41,841 bases of DNA, from contig DAIOEY010000001.1 in the NCBI GenBank assembly GCA_036745995.1, positions 1 to 41,841 of the forward strand. The letters run 5' to 3'. The translations under genes and the position numbers were made by a program. Positions 1 through 15,426 of this stretch are shown here, piece by piece. The DNA comes from Acidimicrobiales bacterium (GTDB lineage Bacteria > Actinomycetota > Acidimicrobiia > Acidimicrobiales > RAAP-2). The notes under the pieces are model-generated. The model was not told where the DNA came from. It did not search any database and saw only the letters and a list, made by a program, of their open reading frames with translations. Numbering within the stretch: position 1 is the stretch's first letter; each line of letters begins with the position of its first letter.

Positions 1-412
1 CGGTCGGGATGTAGCGCATGGGCAACGCGTTGCCGGTGCGGATGTCGGCCTTGGGGCCGGACTCGACGAAGTCGCCGACCTTCAGGCCGTTCGGCGCGAG
101 GATGTAGCGCTTCTCGCCGTCGAGATAATGCAACAGTGCGATGCGACACGTTCGGTTCGGGTCGTACTCAATAGCGGCGACCTTCGCGGGTACCGCGTCC
201 TTGTTGCGCTTGAAGTCCACGATGCGGTACTGCTGCTTGTGGCCACCACCACGGTGACGCGAGGTCTTGCGGCCGTAGTTGTTGCGCCCACCCGTCTTGG
301 GCTTGGGCTGCAGCAGTGACTTCTCTGGTCGGTCCTTCGTGATCTCGACGAAGTCAGAGACCGTCTGGAACCGACGTCCGGGGCTGGTGGGTTTGCGGTG
401 TCGCAGTGCCAT
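1..412 (-). CDS. rplB: 50S ribosomal protein L2, N-terminal part (runs off the window edge)
   Basis: Hand translation from ATG at 412: [21 protein letters not shown]...[29 protein letters not shown]...IEYDPNRT; follows rplW. Not in the ORF track because it is truncated. Confidence 0.97.
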   Translation of the reverse strand, partial: MALRHRKPTSPGRRFQTVSDFVEITKDRPEKSLLQPKPKTGGRNNYGRKTSRHRGGGHKQQYRIVDFKRNKDAVPAKVAAIEYDPNRTCRIALLHYLDGEKRYILAPNGLKVGDFVESGPKADIRTGNALPMRYIPT

Positions 413-420
413 ACCTGTCC

Positions 421-711
421 TTAATTCTCGAAGAGGTTGATCGAGTCGCCCTGCCTCAGGGTGACGATGGCCCGCTTCGTGCCGGGGCGCTGGCCGACGA
501 CACCGGTGCGACGGTTGCGCGTCGACTTACCCTTGCGGTTGAGAGTGTTGACGTTGACGACCTTCACGTTGAAGGCCTGCTCGACGGCGTTGCGCACGTC
601 GACCTTGGTGGCCTTGGGGTCAACGATGAAGACGTAGGTGTGGTTGTCCATCAGGCCGTAGGTCTTCTCCGAGACCACCGGGCGGATGAGCACGCTCATG
701 GCGTCGCGCAT
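421..711 (-). CDS. rplW: 50S ribosomal protein L23
   Basis: [18 protein letters not shown] and KRAIVTL motifs; synteny rplD-rplW-rplB. Confidence 0.97.
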   Translation of the reverse strand: MRDAMSVLIRPVVSEKTYGLMDNHTYVFIVDPKATKVDVRNAVEQAFNVKVVNVNTLNRKGKSTRNRRTGVVGQRPGTKRAIVTLRQGDSINLFEN

Positions 712-1391
712 TAGTCGTTCTCCTTGGCGTTCAAGAGGGTCGCGTCGGTGAACAGGAGCCAGTCGCAGTCCAGGACGTCGTAGGCGTTGACCTCACCGAC
801 GTCAATGGTCTTGACGTTGTCGAGGTTGCGAAACGAGTGGAACGCGACCGCGTCGTCGCGACTCAGCACGACGAGGATCTTGCCCTCAAGGCCCATGGCG
901 AGCAGTGAGCCGACGGCCTCTTTGGTCTTGGGCAGCGTCCAGTTCGCGAAGCTGTCGACGATCGCGACGCGCTCTTCGCTGGCGCGGTCCGACAGGGCCG
1001 AGTAGAGCGCCAGACGGATCATCTTCTTGGGGGTCTTCTGGTCGTACTTGCGCGGCTTGGGTCCGAGCGCGATGCCACCACCGGGATAGTGGGGGGCGCG
1101 GATGGTTCCCTGACGGGCACCGCCGGTCCCCTTCTGGTTGAACGGCTTCCTGCCACCACCGCGGACTTCCTTGCGGGTCTTGGTGGACTGGGTCCCGGCG
1201 CGCTTCGCGGCGAGCTGGGCCTTGATCACCTGGTGCAGCACGGCCATGTTGGGTTCGATGCCGAAGATGGTCGGCTCGAGTTCCACGGTGCCGAGTACCG
1301 AGCCGTCGAGGCTCTTGCGCGTCGCGGAACGCTTCGCGGGCTCGGGTCGGTCCTTCTTGATCGGACCACGCAGCGTAAAGACGTCGCTCAT
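711..1391 (-). CDS. rplD: 50S ribosomal protein L4
   Basis: AGTQSTKTRKEVRGGGRKPFNQKGTGGARQGTIRAP loop. Confidence 0.97.
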   Translation of the reverse strand: MSDVFTLRGPIKKDRPEPAKRSATRKSLDGSVLGTVELEPTIFGIEPNMAVLHQVIKAQLAAKRAGTQSTKTRKEVRGGGRKPFNQKGTGGARQGTIRAPHYPGGGIALGPKPRKYDQKTPKKMIRLALYSALSDRASEERVAIVDSFANWTLPKTKEAVGSLLAMGLEGKILVVLSRDDAVAFHSFRNLDNVKTIDVGEVNAYDVLDCDWLLFTDATLLNAKEND

Positions 1392-2047
1392 CGCGCACCT
1401 CCGGCCTTCATCGGGTTCTTCACCGACGTGCGCAGCACGACGACGCCGCCGCGTGGGCCCGGCACGGCGCCCTTGACGAGTACGAGGTTGCGCTCGACGT
1501 CGACGCCGATCACCTCGAGGTTGGTCGTGGTGACCTGTCCCCCACCCATGCGACCGGCCATCTTGGTGCCCTTGAAGACACGGCCCGGCGTGGCGCAGGC
1601 GCCAATGGAGCCGGGCGCGCGGTGGTGCTTGTGGTTACCGTGCGCGGCACCCTGACCGGAGAAATTGTGGCGCTTCATGGCACCGGCGAATCCCTTGCCC
1701 TTAGAGACGGCGGTCGCGTCGATGCGCTCGCCCTTTTCGAGTGTGTCGGCGAGGATCTCCTGGCCGACGCTGTAACCCGAGACGTCGTCGAGGCGCAGCT
1801 CGACGAGCTTGGTCCCCGGGGTGACGCCGGCCTTTTCGAAGTGGCCGATCTCTGGCTTGGTCATGGTCGACGCGCGACGCGTGCCCCACGTGACCTGGAC
1901 CGCGCTGTAACCCTCTTTTTCGGGAGTCTTCACCTGGACGACGCGAGCCGGGCTGACGCGAACCACCGTGACCGGGATGGCCCGGTTTTGGTCGTCCCAG
2001 ACCTGGGTCATGCCCACCTTCTCGCCGACGATCGCTTTGGCCGCCAC
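1388..2047 (-). CDS. rplC: 50S ribosomal protein L3
   Basis: GEKVGMTQ, SKGKGFAG, GSIGACATPGRVFKG; GTG start preceded by AGAGAGG. Confidence 0.98.
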   Translation of the reverse strand: MAAKAIVGEKVGMTQVWDDQNRAIPVTVVRVSPARVVQVKTPEKEGYSAVQVTWGTRRASTMTKPEIGHFEKAGVTPGTKLVELRLDDVSGYSVGQEILADTLEKGERIDATAVSKGKGFAGAMKRHNFSGQGAAHGNHKHHRAPGSIGACATPGRVFKGTKMAGRMGGGQVTTTNLEVIGVDVERNLVLVKGAVPGPRGGVVVLRTSVKNPMKAGGAR

Positions 2048-2230
2048 GTTTGCCTCTCTCTACTGTTCTGTACGTCGGTTCATCCGACACACAGACGCTC
2101 CGCCGGGCCAATAAACCCGAACGGAGCGCTCGACTGGTTTGGTTCAGCGTTCCCTTTTCAAGGCAACTGAACACATCATTTGTTCACCACAACCGAAGTT
2201 CTGGCGTCCCCGACGTGATTCACGGGGCTT
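2048..2230 (-). promoter_or_regulatory. Putative structured 5' leader of the rplC-rplD-rplW-rplB operon (four hairpins)
   Basis: Hairpins at 2208-2227, 2142-2172 (GAAA tetraloop), 2096-2128 and 2067-2095; their G-U pairs close only on the minus-strand RNA. Confidence 0.55.
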
Positions 2231-2233
2231 CCT

Positions 2234-2263
2234 ACGGTACACCAAACGACCCCGCCAGCGCAA
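2234..2263 (-). promoter_or_regulatory. Putative sigma-A promoter for rplC
   Basis: TTGCGC-18 nt-TACCGT on the minus strand. Confidence 0.5.
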
Positions 2264-2280
2264 AGGCGCTGACGGGGTCG
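2239..2280 (-). terminator. Intrinsic terminator after rpsJ
   Basis: 15-bp stem CGACCCCGTCAGCGC/GCGCTGGCGGGGTCG (one G-U), loop CTTT, followed by TTTGGTGT; 6 nt after the rpsJ stop. Confidence 0.7.
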
Positions 2281-2286
2281 GCGGTG

Positions 2287-2610
2287 TCAGTTCTGACGAA
2301 TCTTGATCTCGATGTCCACGCCGGCCGGCAGGTCGAGGCGCTGGAGCGCGTCGACGGTCTTGGCGGTGTGGTCAACGATGTCCAAAAGGCGCTTGTGCAC
2401 GCGCATTTCGAAGTGCTCGCGGCTGTCCTTGTGCTTGTGCGGTCCGCGAACCACCGTGTAACGGTGCTTCTCGGTCGGCAGCGGCACGGGACCCTGAATC
2501 CGGGCGTTCGTGCGCTCGACCGTCTGGACGATCTTCGCGGTGGACTGGTCCAGGACGCCGTGGTCGAAGGCCTTCAGCCGGATGCGAATCATTTGTCGGT
2601 TGTCGGCCAT
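2287..2610 (-). CDS. rpsJ: 30S ribosomal protein S10
   Basis: [39 protein letters not shown]. Confidence 0.98.
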   Translation of the reverse strand: MADNRQMIRIRLKAFDHGVLDQSTAKIVQTVERTNARIQGPVPLPTEKHRYTVVRGPHKHKDSREHFEMRVHKRLLDIVDHTAKTVDALQRLDLPAGVDIEIKIRQN

Positions 2611-2615
2611 GACTC

Positions 2616-3803
2616 CTACTTCAGGATCTTGACGACGCGGCCCGAACCCACGGTTCGGCCACCTTCGCGGATGGAGAAGGTGAGACCCTCTTCCATGGCG
2701 ATGGGCTTGCCGAGGGTGACGGTCATCTCGGTGTTGTCACCGGGCATGACCATCTCGGTACCGGCGGGCAACTCAATGGTGCCGGTGACGTCGGTGGTGC
2801 GGAAGTAGAACTGCGGACGGTAGTTCGCGAAGAACGGCTTGTGGCGCCCGCCCTCGTCCTTGGTCAACACGTAGACCGAGGCCTCGAAGATCGTGTGCGG
2901 GGTGATGGTGCCCGGCTTGCAGAGCACCTGTCCACGCTCGACGTCTTCCTTCTTGGTACCGCGAAGCAGCGCGCCGAGGTTGTCGCCGGCGCGGCCTTCG
3001 TCGAGCAACTTACGGAACATCTCGATGCCGGTCACGACCGTCTTGGTCGTCGGACGCAGTCCCACGATCTCGACCTCGTCGTTGACCTTCACGATGCCCT
3101 GCTCCACCTTGCCGGTCACGACCGTGCCACGGCCGGTGATCGACATGACGTCCTCGATGGACATCAGGAATGGCTTCTCGGTCGAGCGGACCGGCTCGGG
3201 GATGAACGAGTCGACCGCGTCCATGAGCTCCATGATCTTGTCGCCCCACGCCTCGTCGCCCTCGAGCGCCTTCAGCGCCGAAACACGAATGATCGGGGTG
3301 TCGTCGCCCGGGAAGCCGTAGCTGTCAAGCAGCTCGCGCACTTCCATCTCGACGAGCTCGAGGAGCTCCTCGTCGTCGACCATGTCGGCCTTGTTGAGGG
3401 CCACCACGATGTAGGGCACGCCCACCTGGCGAGCGAGCAGCACGTGCTCGCGCGTCTGGGGCATCGGACCGTCGGTCGCCGAGACGACCAGGATCGCGCC
3501 GTCCACCTGGGCGGCGCCGGTGATCATGTTCTTCACGTAGTCGGCGTGGCCGGGCATGTCGACGTGGGCGTAGTGACGCTTCGCGGTCTCGTATTCCACG
3601 TGGGCGATCGAGATCGTGATGCCGCGCTGGCGCTCTTCGGGAGCGGCGTCGATCTTGTCAAAGGGTGTAAAGGCGGTACCCGGGACGCGGGTGGACAGCA
3701 CCTTGGTGATCGCCGCGGTCAGGGTGGTCTTGCCGTGGTCGATGTGACCCATGGTTCCGATGTTGACGTGCGGCTTAGTGCGCTCGAACTTCTGCTTTGC
3801 CAT
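2616..3803 (-). CDS. tuf: Elongation factor Tu
   Basis: [23 protein letters not shown] motifs. Confidence 0.99.
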   Translation of the reverse strand: MAKQKFERTKPHVNIGTMGHIDHGKTTLTAAITKVLSTRVPGTAFTPFDKIDAAPEERQRGITISIAHVEYETAKRHYAHVDMPGHADYVKNMITGAAQVDGAILVVSATDGPMPQTREHVLLARQVGVPYIVVALNKADMVDDEELLELVEMEVRELLDSYGFPGDDTPIIRVSALKALEGDEAWGDKIMELMDAVDSFIPEPVRSTEKPFLMSIEDVMSITGRGTVVTGKVEQGIVKVNDEVEIVGLRPTTKTVVTGIEMFRKLLDEGRAGDNLGALLRGTKKEDVERGQVLCKPGTITPHTIFEASVYVLTKDEGGRHKPFFANYRPQFYFRTTDVTGTIELPAGTEMVMPGDNTEMTVTLGKPIAMEEGLTFSIREGGRTVGSGRVVKILK

Positions 3804-3915
3804 TGTCGGGGACTAACTTTCTCTCTAATGACCGGTCCACTACGGACCCGTCGGGTTTGTTTCGGCCCTCCCCGACGACGGTTTGGACCTTGGTTTCGCT
3901 GGTTGCCCAGCGTTC

Positions 3916-6006
3916 TTACGCGCCGGTGGCCTTGGCGACGATTTCCTTGGAAATCGCCTCAGGTACTTCTGCGTACGAATGGAACTGCATGCTGTACGTC
4001 GCGCGCCCTTGGGTGCGAGAACGCAGGTCAGTAGCGTAGCCGAACATGTCAGCCAGCGGCACAAGCGCTCTAATTGCTTGGCTATTGCCCACCTGTTCCA
4101 TGCCCTCGACGCGGCCGCGTCGACTCGAAAGGTCGCCAATGACGTCGCCCATGTAGTCCTCGGGCGTGACGACCTCGACGGCCATCATCGGCTCGAGCAG
4201 GACCGGGCTCGCGAGGCGTGCCGCCTTCTTCACCGCGATCGATCCCGCGATCTTGAAGGCCATTTCCGACGAGTCGACGTCGTGGTAACTGCCGTAGGTG
4301 AGGCGAACACGCACGTCGACGACCGGGTAGCCCGCCAGCACGCCCGAGGTCAAGGCCTCGGTGATGCCCTGGTTGACCGGCTGGATGTACTCCTTGGGGA
4401 TGGCGCCGCCCGTGATCTCGTCGACGAACTCGTACCCGCCGCCGGGGCCCGTGGGCTCGAGGGTGATGACGACGTGGCCGTACTGACCCTTACCACCGGT
4501 CTGGCGCACGTACTTCTCTTCGACCTTGGTGACGGTCTTGCGGACCGTCTCGCGGTAGGCGACCTGGGGCTTACCCACGTTGGCGTCCACCGAGAATTCG
4601 CGCAGCATTCGGTCGACCAGCACCTCGAGGTGCAGCTCGCCCATGCCCGAGATGACCGTCTGACCGGTCTCTTCGTCACTTCGCACACGAAAGGTCGGGT
4701 CCTCTTCGGAGAGCGCGTAGAGCGCCTTTGACAACTTGTCCTGGTCGGCCTTGGTCTTGGGCTCGACGGCGACGTGGATGACGGGCTCGGGGAAGACCAG
4801 GTTCTCGAGCAGGATTGGCTGGTCGACCGAGCTGAGCGTGTCGCCGGTCGTGACCTGCTTGAGGCCCACCGCGGCGACGATGTCACCGGTGCGGATCGTG
4901 TCGAGGTCCTCGCGGTTGTTGGCGTGCATCAAGAGCAGGCGTCCGAGACGCTCCTTCTTCATGCCCTTGGTGGTGTTCACGACCGTGTCGCCCTTTTCGA
5001 GGGTGCCCGAGTAGACGCGCAGGTAGATCAGCTTGCCGACGTAGGGGTCGGTCATGATCTTGAAGGCGAGGGCCGAGAAGGGCTCGTCGTCCGAGGGCTT
5101 GCGCTCGAGGACGTCTTCCTTGCCCGGCTTGGTGCCCTGGGTGGGGGGAAGGTCGATCGGCGAGGGCAGGAAGTCCACGACGGCGTCGAGCATGGGTTGG
5201 ACGCCCTTGTTCTTAAAGGCGCTGCCGTTGAGGATCGGCACGCAGTGGTTCTCCAGGGTCCCCACGCGCAGTGCGCGGCGGATGTCGGCCGACGTGATCT
5301 CCTCTTCACCGAGGACCTTCTCGGTGAGTTCGTCGTCAAAGGTGGTCAAGACGTCGATCAACTTCGCGTGGTACTCGTCGGCCTGGGCCTGGTACTCGGC
5401 GGGGATGTCGACGACGTCGAAGTGCTCGCCCCGGTCGTCGTCGTGGTAGATCGTGGCCTTCATCGTCGTGAGGTCGATGACGCCCTGGTAGTGCGACTCG
5501 ACGCCGATCGGCAGCTGGATGACGGCCGGCACGCAGTCGAGGCGGTCGGCGATCATGGCGACGCAGCGAAAGAAGTCCGCGCCGATGCGGTCCATCTTGT
5601 TGACGAAGCAGATGCGCGGTACGTGGTACTTGTTGGCCTGGCGCCACACCGTCTCGGTCTGGGGCTCCACGCCGGCGACCGCGTCAAAGACCGCGACCGC
5701 GCCGTCGAGCACGCGCAGCGAGCGCTCGACCTCGACCGTGAAGTCGACGTGGCCGGGCGTGTCGATGATGTTGATGCGGTAGCCGTTCCAGTGGGCGGTC
5801 GTCGCTGCCGAAGTGATCGTGATGCCGCGCTCTTGCTCTTGGACCATCCAGTCCATCGTCGCGGCGCCCTCGTGCACTTCACCGATCTTGTAGTTCTTGC
5901 CCGTGTAGAACAAGATGCGTTCGGTCGTCGTGGTCTTGCCGGCGTCGATGTGCGCCATGATGCCAATGTTGCGAACCTTCTCCAGGGGGAATTCGCGAGC
6001 CGTCAT
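3916..6006 (-). CDS. fusA: Elongation factor G
   Basis: [28 protein letters not shown]; 696 aa. Confidence 0.99.
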   Translation of the reverse strand: MTAREFPLEKVRNIGIMAHIDAGKTTTTERILFYTGKNYKIGEVHEGAATMDWMVQEQERGITITSAATTAHWNGYRINIIDTPGHVDFTVEVERSLRVLDGAVAVFDAVAGVEPQTETVWRQANKYHVPRICFVNKMDRIGADFFRCVAMIADRLDCVPAVIQLPIGVESHYQGVIDLTTMKATIYHDDDRGEHFDVVDIPAEYQAQADEYHAKLIDVLTTFDDELTEKVLGEEEITSADIRRALRVGTLENHCVPILNGSAFKNKGVQPMLDAVVDFLPSPIDLPPTQGTKPGKEDVLERKPSDDEPFSALAFKIMTDPYVGKLIYLRVYSGTLEKGDTVVNTTKGMKKERLGRLLLMHANNREDLDTIRTGDIVAAVGLKQVTTGDTLSSVDQPILLENLVFPEPVIHVAVEPKTKADQDKLSKALYALSEEDPTFRVRSDEETGQTVISGMGELHLEVLVDRMLREFSVDANVGKPQVAYRETVRKTVTKVEEKYVRQTGGKGQYGHVVITLEPTGPGGGYEFVDEITGGAIPKEYIQPVNQGITEALTSGVLAGYPVVDVRVRLTYGSYHDVDSSEMAFKIAGSIAVKKAARLASPVLLEPMMAVEVVTPEDYMGDVIGDLSSRRGRVEGMEQVGNSQAIRALVPLADMFGYATDLRSRTQGRATYSMQFHSYAEVPEAISKEIVAKATGA

Positions 6007-6024
6007 TTCAATTACTTTCTTTGC

Positions 6025-6495
6025 TTACCAGCGGTAGTGCGCGAAGGCCTTGTTGGACTCGGCCATCTTGGCCATGTCCTCGCGGCGCTTCACGGCGGCG
6101 CCGACGCCGTTGCTGGCGTCGATAATCTCGTTGGCCAGGCGCTCGGCCATGGTCTTCTCGCGGCGCTTCTTGGCGAAATCAGTCAGCCAGCGGATCGCCA
6201 GCGTCGTGGCGCGACGGGGTCGCACCTCGACCGGGACCTGGTAGGTGGTCCCGCCGACGCGACGGCTGCGCACTTCGAGTTCGGGACGCACGTTCTCGAG
6301 CGCGCGCTTCAGGGCCGCGACGGGGTCGGCGCCGGTCTTCTGCTCGACTTGCTCGAGAGCCGTGTAGACGATGCGCTCGGCGATCGTGCGCTTGCCGCGC
6401 TCGAGGATCTTGTTCGTCACCTGGGTCACGAGTACCGATTTGTAGATCGGGTCGGGAACCAGTTCTCGACGTTCAGCGGGGCCCTTACGAGGCAT
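6025..6495 (-). CDS. rpsG: 30S ribosomal protein S7
   Basis: [30 protein letters not shown]. Confidence 0.99.
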   Translation of the reverse strand: MPRKGPAERRELVPDPIYKSVLVTQVTNKILERGKRTIAERIVYTALEQVEQKTGADPVAALKRALENVRPELEVRSRRVGGTTYQVPVEVRPRRATTLAIRWLTDFAKKRREKTMAERLANEIIDASNGVGAAVKRREDMAKMAESNKAFAHYRW

Positions 6496-6866
6496 TAGCT
6501 CTCCTTCTTCGCGCCGTAGCGGCTACGGGCCTGCTTACGGTCGCGCACGCCCGAGGTGTCGAGCGCGCCGCGGATGATCTTGTAACGAACACCGGGGAGG
6601 TCCTTCACACGCCCGCCACGCACGAGCACGATGGAGTGCTCTTGCAGGTTGTGGCCGACGCCGGGGATGTACGCGGTGATCTCGACGCCCGAGGTGAGGC
6701 GCACGCGCGCCACCTTTCGAAGGGCCGAGTTCGGCTTCTTGGGCGTGACGGTGTGCACCCGGGTGCAGACGCCACGACGTTGCGGAGCGCCCTTCAGCGC
6801 CGGCGTCTTGGTCTTTGAAACTTTGTCCTGCCGGCCTTTTCGGACCAACTGTGCAATGGTGGGCAC
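6495..6866 (-). CDS. rpsL: 30S ribosomal protein S12
   Basis: [23 protein letters not shown] start. Confidence 0.99.
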   Translation of the reverse strand: MPTIAQLVRKGRQDKVSKTKTPALKGAPQRRGVCTRVHTVTPKKPNSALRKVARVRLTSGVEITAYIPGVGHNLQEHSIVLVRGGRVKDLPGVRYKIIRGALDTSGVRDRKQARSRYGAKKES

Positions 6867-6933
6867 GCGGAACCTCTTCTAGTTGTACATCGTTCTGGGT
6901 ACGTGCCAGTAACTACCGGCACGCGGACTTTCC

Positions 6934-6963
6934 ATCCTACGACAAACCACGTCGTAACGGCAA
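6934..6963 (-). promoter_or_regulatory. Putative promoter of the str operon (rpsL)
   Basis: TTGCCG-18 nt-TAGGAT; leader hairpin CGTGCCGGTAGTTACTGGCACG at about 6902-6923. Confidence 0.6.
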
Positions 6964-6965
6964 GC

Positions 6966-6995
6966 CGGCCGACGGCCCCTAAGGGCCGCCCGCCG
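6966..6995 (-). terminator. GC-rich hairpin after rpoC, possible terminator
   Basis: GGCGGCCC-TTAG-GGGCCGTC stem with flanking CGGC/GCCG; weak U-tract. Confidence 0.45.
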
Positions 6996-7003
6996 TGCTC
7001 GAC

Positions 7004-11025
<4,022 letters not shown>

Positions 11026-11029
<4 letters not shown>

Positions 11030-14000
11030 GACAACTTCCTTTCGGCGGCGCGGCGGGCGTCTTCCTCGTCGCTACCGCGCTCGGGTCGACTGATGTCGAT
11101 ACCGAGTTCGCGGGTCACGGAGAAGAAATCTTCCTCGGTGTCGGCGAGGTCGACGTGCGCACCCACCTTGTCGCGCACTTCTACGTTCAAACAGAGTGAT
11201 TGCATTTCCTTGATCAAGACCTTGAACGACTCGGGGATTCCCGGCTCGGGCAGGTTCTGACCCTTCACGATCGCCTCGTACGCGCGTTCGCGACCCTTCA
11301 TGTCGTCGGACTTGACGGTCAAGAGCTCCTGGAGGGCGTAGGCGGCACCGTAGGCCTCGAGGGCCCACACTTCCATCTCACCGAAGCGCTGTCCACCGAA
11401 CTGGGCCTTGCCACCGAGCGGTTGGGCCGTGATCATCGAGTACGGGCCAGTCGAACGGGCGTGGATCTTGTCGTCGACCATGTGGGCGAGCTTCAAGATG
11501 TAGGCGTAGCCCACCGAGATGGGGTTGTCGTAGACCTCACCGGTGCGACCGTTGAAGAGGGTCACCTTGCCGTCGTTGTCGCCGGCGAGCAGGCGCTTGC
11601 CGTTGGCACCGTCGACGTTGAGCGTCGCGAAGGTCTGCTGGATCGTCGGCTTGTCCTTCGCGCGCTCGGTCTCGTCCCAGTGCGCGCCGTCAAAGGACGG
11701 CGTCGCGACGTAAACCGCGGGCTCGGTGCGCGGACGGGTCTTGCGGTACGGCCGCGTGGCGACGTCCTGCTGATCAGAGTGTCCCGAGGTGCCCACGGCG
11801 GGGTTGACCTCGATACCGGCCCAGCCGTGACGAGCGGCGTAGCCGAGGTGACTTTCGAGCACCTGACCGACGTTCATTCGACTCGGCACGCCGAGGGGGC
11901 TCAGGATGATGTCGACGGGCGTGCCGTCCTCCATGAACGGCATGTCCTCTTCGGGCAGGATCTTCGAGATGACGCCCTTGTTGCCGTGACGGCCGGCCAA
12001 CTTGTCGCCTTCGGAGATCTTGCGCTTCTGGGCGACGTAGACCTTGACCAACTGGTTCACGCCGGGCTGCATCTCGTGGTCCTCGTCGCGGCTGTAGACC
12101 TTGACGTCGATGACCTTGCCGGACTCGCCGTGGGGAACCTTGAGCGAGGTGTCGCGCACTTCGCGCGCCTTCTCACCGAAGATCGCTCGCAGGAGTCGCT
12201 CTTCGGGCGACTGCTCGGTCTCACCCTTGGGGGTCACTTTGCCCACCAGGATGTCACCGGGCTGCACTTCGGCGCCGATGCGCACGATGCCGCGGTCGTC
12301 GAGGTCCGCGAGGATGTCGTCGGGCAGGTTGGGGATGTCGCGGGTGATCTCCTCGGCGCCCAACTTCGTGTCACGCGCGTCGATCTCGTATTCCTTCACG
12401 TGGATCGAGGTGAGGACGTCGTCGCGAACGAGACGCTCGTTCAAGATGATGGCGTCTTCGTAGTTGTAGCCCTCCCACGGCATGTACGCCACGAGCAGGT
12501 TCTTGCCGAGCGCGAGCTCACCGTGGCTGGTGCTGGTGCCGTCGGCGAGCAGGTCGCCCAGGGCCACCGTCTCGCCACCGAAGACGAGCGGCTTCTGGTT
12601 GATAGAGGTGTCCTGGTTCGAGCGACGGAACTTGTTCAAGTTGTACTGCTTCTTGCCCAGGGTCTTGCCGTAGCGGTCGGTGACGTCCTTCTCGTATTCG
12701 ACGATGATGCGGTCGCCCGAGACGGACTTCACGACGCCATCGCCCTCAGCGATCAAGACGTCGCCCGAGTCGAGCGCGGCGCGCGCCTCCATGCCGGTTC
12801 CCACGAAGGGAGCCTCGGGCATGATCAGCGGCACGGCCTGCTTCTGCATGTTCGCGCCCATCAGGGCGCGCTGAGCGTCGTCGTGCTCGACGAAGGGGAT
12901 CAGCGAGGTGGCGACCGAGATGACCTGCTTGGTCGAGACGTCCATCAGCTCGACCTCGTCGGGCTTGACGAAGTCGATCTCCGACGTGGTCGACGACGAC
13001 TTGTTCGAAGCGCCCACGCGCAGACCGGTGCCGATCGGGCCACGGCGTACGAGGACGCGGTCGGCCTTGATGACGCCCTTGTCGTCGACTTCGGTGTTGG
13101 CCTGGGCGATGACGTAGCGCTCTTCCTCGTCAGCGGTGAAGTACTTGATCTCACCGGTGACGGTGCCGCCACTGACGACGCGGTACGGGGTTTCGATGAA
13201 GCCGTACTCGTTGATGCGCGCGTAGTTCGCGAGGTATCCGATCAGACCGACGTTCGGTCCTTCGGGGGTCTCGATCGGACACATGCGTCCGTAGTGCGAG
13301 GAGTGGACGTCACGAACTTCGAGTCCGGCGCGCTCGCGCGAGAGTCCACCTGGTCCCAGGGCCGAAAGACGGCGCTTGTGGGTCAGTCCCGACAGCGGGT
13401 TGTTCTGGTCCATGAACTGACTGAGCTGGGACGTGGCGAAGAACTCCTTGATCGCCGACATCACCGGGCGGATGTTGATCAGGGTCTGGGGCGCGATCGC
13501 CTCGACGTCCTGGGTGTTCATGCGCTCGCGCACGACGCGCTCCATGCGTGAGAGTCCGGTACGCAGCGCGTTCTGGATCAGCTCGCCGACGCTGCGGATG
13601 CGGCGGTTGGCGAAGTGGTCCTGGTCGTCGATGTGGTACGTGGTCTCCTTCGCCGTGCGGTCACGGGCCAGGTTCAACAGGTACGTCGCGGTCGCCAGGA
13701 CTTCGGCCTTGGAGAGCACGTGCAGGTCCGCGTTGGGGCGCTCGAGGAGGTCGCCGAACAGTTCGAGGTTCTTGGCGACCTCGCTACCCAGCTTGCGGTC
13801 GAGCTTGTAGCGCCCGACGCGCGAGAGGTCGTAGCGCTTCTCCGAGAAGAAGGCACCTTCGAAGTACTGACGGGCCGCTTCGACGGTCTGGACCTCGCCG
13901 GGACGGGCACGTCGGTAGATCTCGAGCCACGCCGTCTCTTGACTGGCGCGCACGAAGTTCTCGGGCGTGTCCTCGAAGTTGTACTTGTCCATGTGCTTGG

Positions 14001-14709
14001 CGATCTCGAGGTGCGCCTTCTTCCAGTCCGCGTGGAACTGGTCCTCGAGGAAGTCGAAGTGCGCGACGAACTGCTCGAAGAACGGCTCGTCCATCGCGGT
14101 GTCGAGCGCGCGCAGCAGTGTGAAGATCGACACGCGACGTTTGCGTGCGATGCGCGCACCGGCGTTGGCGGCCTTGTTCTTCTTCTCTTCGAGGTCGACC
14201 TGGAGCCACTCACCGCGGCTCGGGTGGATCGTGCCCTCGAAGGCGACCTTCTCGTCCTTGCCGGGCTGGAACAGCACGCCGGGCGAACGGACCAACTGGC
14301 TCACCACGACACGCTCGGTGCCGTTGATGATGAACGTCCCCTGCTCGGTCATGATCGGGAAGTCGCCCATGAAGACGGTCTGTTCCTTGATCTCACCGGT
14401 CTCGGAGTTGAGGAAACGCGCGCGAACGAAGATCGGCTGGGAATAGGTGGTGGCGCGCTGGCGGCACTCTTCCACCGTGAACTTCGGCGGGCTCTTCAGA
14501 TCCACGTCGTCGGGGTCGAACTCGAGTTCGAGCGAAAGCCGCCCCGTGAAGTCGGTGATCGGCGAAATGGCCTCGAAGGCCTCTCGCAGACCCTGCTTCA
14601 TGAACAGGTCGAAACTGTCTCGCTGGATTTCGAGGAGGTTAGGCAGGGGGTGAGCTTCACCCAAGGCCGAGAAATTAAATCGCTCTGGGCTAGTGGACCG
14701 AGACGTCAA
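11026..14709 (-). CDS. rpoB: RNA polymerase beta subunit
   Basis: [52 protein letters not shown] start after GGAGG. Confidence 0.99.
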
Positions 14710-14813
14710 CGGTCAATCCTCCGTGTAAGTGGGTGGCTACAGCAGGTTTCCGCGATTACGTGCAAAATGACGCCAAGAGACGACGAAGTTGAACGCAGGG
14801 ACACGGTCTTTCA

Positions 14814-14843
14814 ACTCTAGTGGTTGCGCAAGGGTATGCGCAA
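14814..14843 (-). promoter_or_regulatory. Putative proximal rpoB promoter
   Basis: TTGCGC-18 nt-TAGAGT; contains inverted repeat TTGCGCA-N6-TGCGCAA. Confidence 0.45.
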
Positions 14844-14890
14844 GTGGCGCTCCCCATTCTTGGGAAACGCGGCCGCCGTGCGGTTGCCAC

Positions 14891-14919
14891 ACCCTAGGCA
14901 GGTTCGCCGCCGAGGTCAA
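14891..14919 (-). promoter_or_regulatory. Putative distal rpoB promoter
   Basis: TTGACC-17 nt-TAGGGT just downstream of the rplL terminator. Confidence 0.55.
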
Positions 14920-14932
14920 GTACTGGAAGCAG

Positions 14933-14965
14933 AAAAATGCCCCGGTCGGCGAACCGACCGGGGCA
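14933..14965 (-). terminator. Intrinsic terminator after rplL
   Basis: Perfect 12-bp stem TGCCCCGGTCGG/CCGACCGGGGCA, TTCG loop, followed by TTTTT. Confidence 0.9.
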
Positions 14966-14986
14966 CTTCACTCTAAAACCTTGAAA

Positions 14987-15382
14987 TTACTTCACTTCCA
15001 CCGTCGCGCCGGCGGCTTCGAGCGCCGCCTTCGCCTTGTCGGCGTCGGCCTTGGAGACCTTCTCGAGGACGGGCTTGGGGGCACTGTCGACGAGGTCCTT
15101 GGCTTCCTTCAGACCCAGGTTGGTAAGTGCACGCACTTCCTTGATCACCTGAATCTTCTTCTCGCCGCCGCCAATCAGAATGACGTCGTAGTCGCTCTTC
15201 TCATCGGCACCGGCGTCGGCAACTGCGCCGCCGCCAGCGGCAGCGGGCGCGGCAACCGCCGCGGGGGCCGCGGCCGTCACGCCGAACTTCTCCTCGAACT
15301 CCTTGAGCAGTTCGCTCAGTTCGATCACGGATAGCTCAGCGATGCCGTCGAGAATCTGTTCCTTGGTCAGGGTTGCAGCCAT
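14987..15382 (-). CDS. rplL: 50S ribosomal protein L7/L12
   Basis: [11 protein letters not shown] hinge, [20 protein letters not shown]. Confidence 0.98.
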   Translation of the reverse strand: MAATLTKEQILDGIAELSVIELSELLKEFEEKFGVTAAAPAAVAAPAAAGGGAVADAGADEKSDYDVILIGGGEKKIQVIKEVRALTNLGLKEAKDLVDSAPKPVLEKVSKADADKAKAALEAAGATVEVK

Positions 15383-15426
15383 GGTGATTCCTTTCTTTTC
15401 TTCGTTTCGATACTTCGTTGGTGGGG

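Noticed and set aside
2144..2179. 11-codon uORF (MMCSVALKRER) in the rplC leader
   Set aside because: No SD and no regulatory codon run; probably chance, though not excluded.
6495..6866. Streptomycin-resistance changes in S12
   Set aside because: Both key lysines (PKKPNS, RVKDLPG) are intact.
13350..13445. Possible rifampicin resistance in RpoB (FFATSQL instead of FFGTSQL)
   Set aside because: The main contact residues (Q, D, H, R, S of cluster I) are wild-type; a single edge change is weak evidence.
11200..13551. Long plus-strand ORFs opposite rpoB, rpoC, fusA, tuf and gltA (up to 783 aa)
   Set aside because: Antisense shadows of high-GC3 genes; no recognisable motifs or start signals.
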